Source: Eukaryota sp. TZLM1-RC (lineage: Eukaryota; Protista; Metamonada: BaSk clade). Taken from it: 64,000 bases of DNA. Below, in pieces: positions 62,501 to 64,000 of this stretch. The position numbers were made by a program, and so were the translations under genes. Location: the NCBI GenBank assembly GCA_040285825.1, contig JAUPSS010000002.1, forward strand, positions 1,240,001 through 1,304,000, given 5' to 3'. A model generated the notes under the pieces. The model was given only the letters and a program-made list of their open reading frames with translations. It did not search any database and was not told the origin of the DNA. The number at the start of each line of letters is the position of its first letter. Position 1 is the stretch's first letter.

Positions 62501-63715
62501 GTAAATAATTCTTTGAAACATACAGTTGCTTGTTTCACAATATTTAAATCTCCAATAAGCACAACATCATCCATATATGTAATCATTTTTAGTGAAGGAA
62601 ACATCTCTTGAATTTGCAATAAAATAGGATGAATGGCCAAACAAAACAAAAGAGGTCCTAACGGAACTCCTTGCTTAACACCACTTGATGAACTCAAAAT
62701 GCTATCACCAAAATGTAAATTAGAACATGTGCTATATGTTGATTGAAAATACGGCATTAATTCTGGCATACATTGCAATAGAGCACCATAGATACTGCGA
62801 CGACTGAGTGAATTGAATGCATTACTAAAATCCAATGACATACAAACATTGGATTCATTTTGGCGAAATAATACATCAGTAGCAAATATCGCTGAAGAGA
62901 CTCCATCAGTGGTATTAATTCCATATCGAAAGGGTAATAAAATCTTTTTTGCTTTCTCATTGAACCTGCTCAAGCAACACGCAGAAAAAATATTTTGTAA
63001 GCTCTCAGAGACTGCAATAGGTCGAACATCCATTTTTGAATTTTTGACAAGTGCAGTCAAACGAGAACTTCTTAATTCTTCTGGATATTTGAGTTGACCA
63101 TTCAATATTTTGTTGAAAAATTTGGTTAATAAACCAAGACAATCCTCTGAAGAAATAATTGCGGCTTTTACATGATCGATAGTAATACCAGAAAGTCCGG
63201 CAGACTTACCGCGTGGTCTTTTCTTTATCACCGAAAATACTTCTGATGCCATTAATGGAAAATTTTCCCAGTAAGTCCCGTAAAAATTGTGATCCATTAT
63301 AGGGTCTTCCAAAGGATGAAGTATTAAGTTTATCTACTGTATTTTCATTGTTGGGTGCTTTAACTCCAGGACTTAAAACTGACAAAGCCTTGGACCATTT
63401 GTTGTCAAAGCATTTGTCTTCAAAAATTTTACTTAATTTCTCAGATGACTGTTTTCTCGGTGCTATATTAGTTAAATCTTCGGCATTATTTACGAAATTT
63501 TGTTCAAAAGGAGGACAAAAAGAACCAAAAAATGCCCAAAGAATATTGATAGCATACTTTCCTTTACATAATTGATCCAAAAATCTTTTAAAAACGAAAG
63601 CAAATTCCTTGCATTTTGACGCATGAATATCTTGAGGTATTTTTATGGGAGGATGGTAGTTATCAACTATGCGTCGTTTCAAGCATCGATGTCCAAGTGA
63701 TGTCCAAGCTGTATA
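59547..63715 (-). mobile_element. CRE/SLACS-like non-LTR retrotransposon (family C1; RT plus CCHC plus RLE), defective and interrupted at 60915-62241
   Basis: RT motifs SAGLSG, RLTALVK, RPIAVSE, DFSNAFNS, GVKQG.PLGPLLF, YMDD, LG; followed by HALNC, LHDAVRD, RGD, K..KY. Confidence 0.9.
60915..62241 (+). mobile_element. CRE-like non-LTR fragment (family C2) inserted in the opposite orientation into the C1 element
   Basis: LGGIG, AFLGGG, CKCS..HLLNC, HDAVRDQ, RGDV, DVMSVDP, FWQNRIVF. The C1 sequence resumes on both sides. Confidence 0.88.
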
Positions 63716-64000
63716 AGATTAAATTTTATTTTCTACGAAGAATCAAATCAAAACAAAACAAACTACAACACATAAGAAACAAAATTCTCCACGCCAACTC
63801 TTGATGAATCCTTTTACCGCTTGGACAACATTAAACTCAAGTACTTGGGAACACTTCTGTACAAAGCGAAAATGATACGATTCTTCCATAAATTCCCTGC
63901 AAAATTCTTACCACTTGAACGACATAAATTACCAAAATCATTGATAAAATTCAAGGCAGACTGTCCAATGTTGCCAAAAATCGAAAAGGCAAAAGGAACA
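63716..64000 (-). mobile_element. CRE-like 3' end (family C3), running off the window
   Basis: Reverse-complement paralog of 34600-34870. Confidence 0.85.

Noticed and set aside
1-64000. Stop-codon reassignment (TAA/TAG as sense), suggested by many in-frame stops in the Gypsy and Fanzor frames
   Set aside because: Long host ORFs (918 aa, 755 aa) have no internal TAA/TAG. Conserved genes end in TAA, TAG and TGA, and the in-frame stops replace different amino acids and co-occur with frameshifts.

Overview
Eukaryotic, AT-rich, transposon-dense DNA. It is probably from a flagellated protist: genes are compact, introns are 29-31 nt GT-AG, the genetic code is standard and IQCH is present. The species cannot be named from sequence alone. 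Host genes (DHHC palmitoyltransferase, ADF/cofilin, RPS16, IQCH, NOT2, a BTB/LRR protein, RLP24) sit as islands among four kinds of mobile DNA. (i) Ty3/Gypsy LTR retrotransposons: a head-to-tail array of a gag-deleted element at 1-13243, a full-length copy at 19424-25970 nested in an older Gypsy, and a second family at ~30.0-33.5 kb. (ii) Many fragments of CRE-like and other RLE-type non-LTR retrotransposons. (iii) Two hAT-like MITEs. (iv) Four Fanzor (eukaryotic TnpB-like RNA-guided nuclease) remnants within 37.5-49.2 kb. The most striking feature is a decayed minus-strand reading frame at ~42.5-46.1 kb. In it, Cys-rich repeats and a family-B-polymerase-type DEDDy 3'-5' exonuclease domain run in frame into a Fanzor body that carries a candidate 29-nt spliceosomal intron. 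The other three Fanzor remnants are followed by structured, partly co-varying non-coding sequence that looks like omegaRNA scaffolds, and two of these end just upstream of host start codons. All domain calls come from reading motifs by eye; no searches were run.
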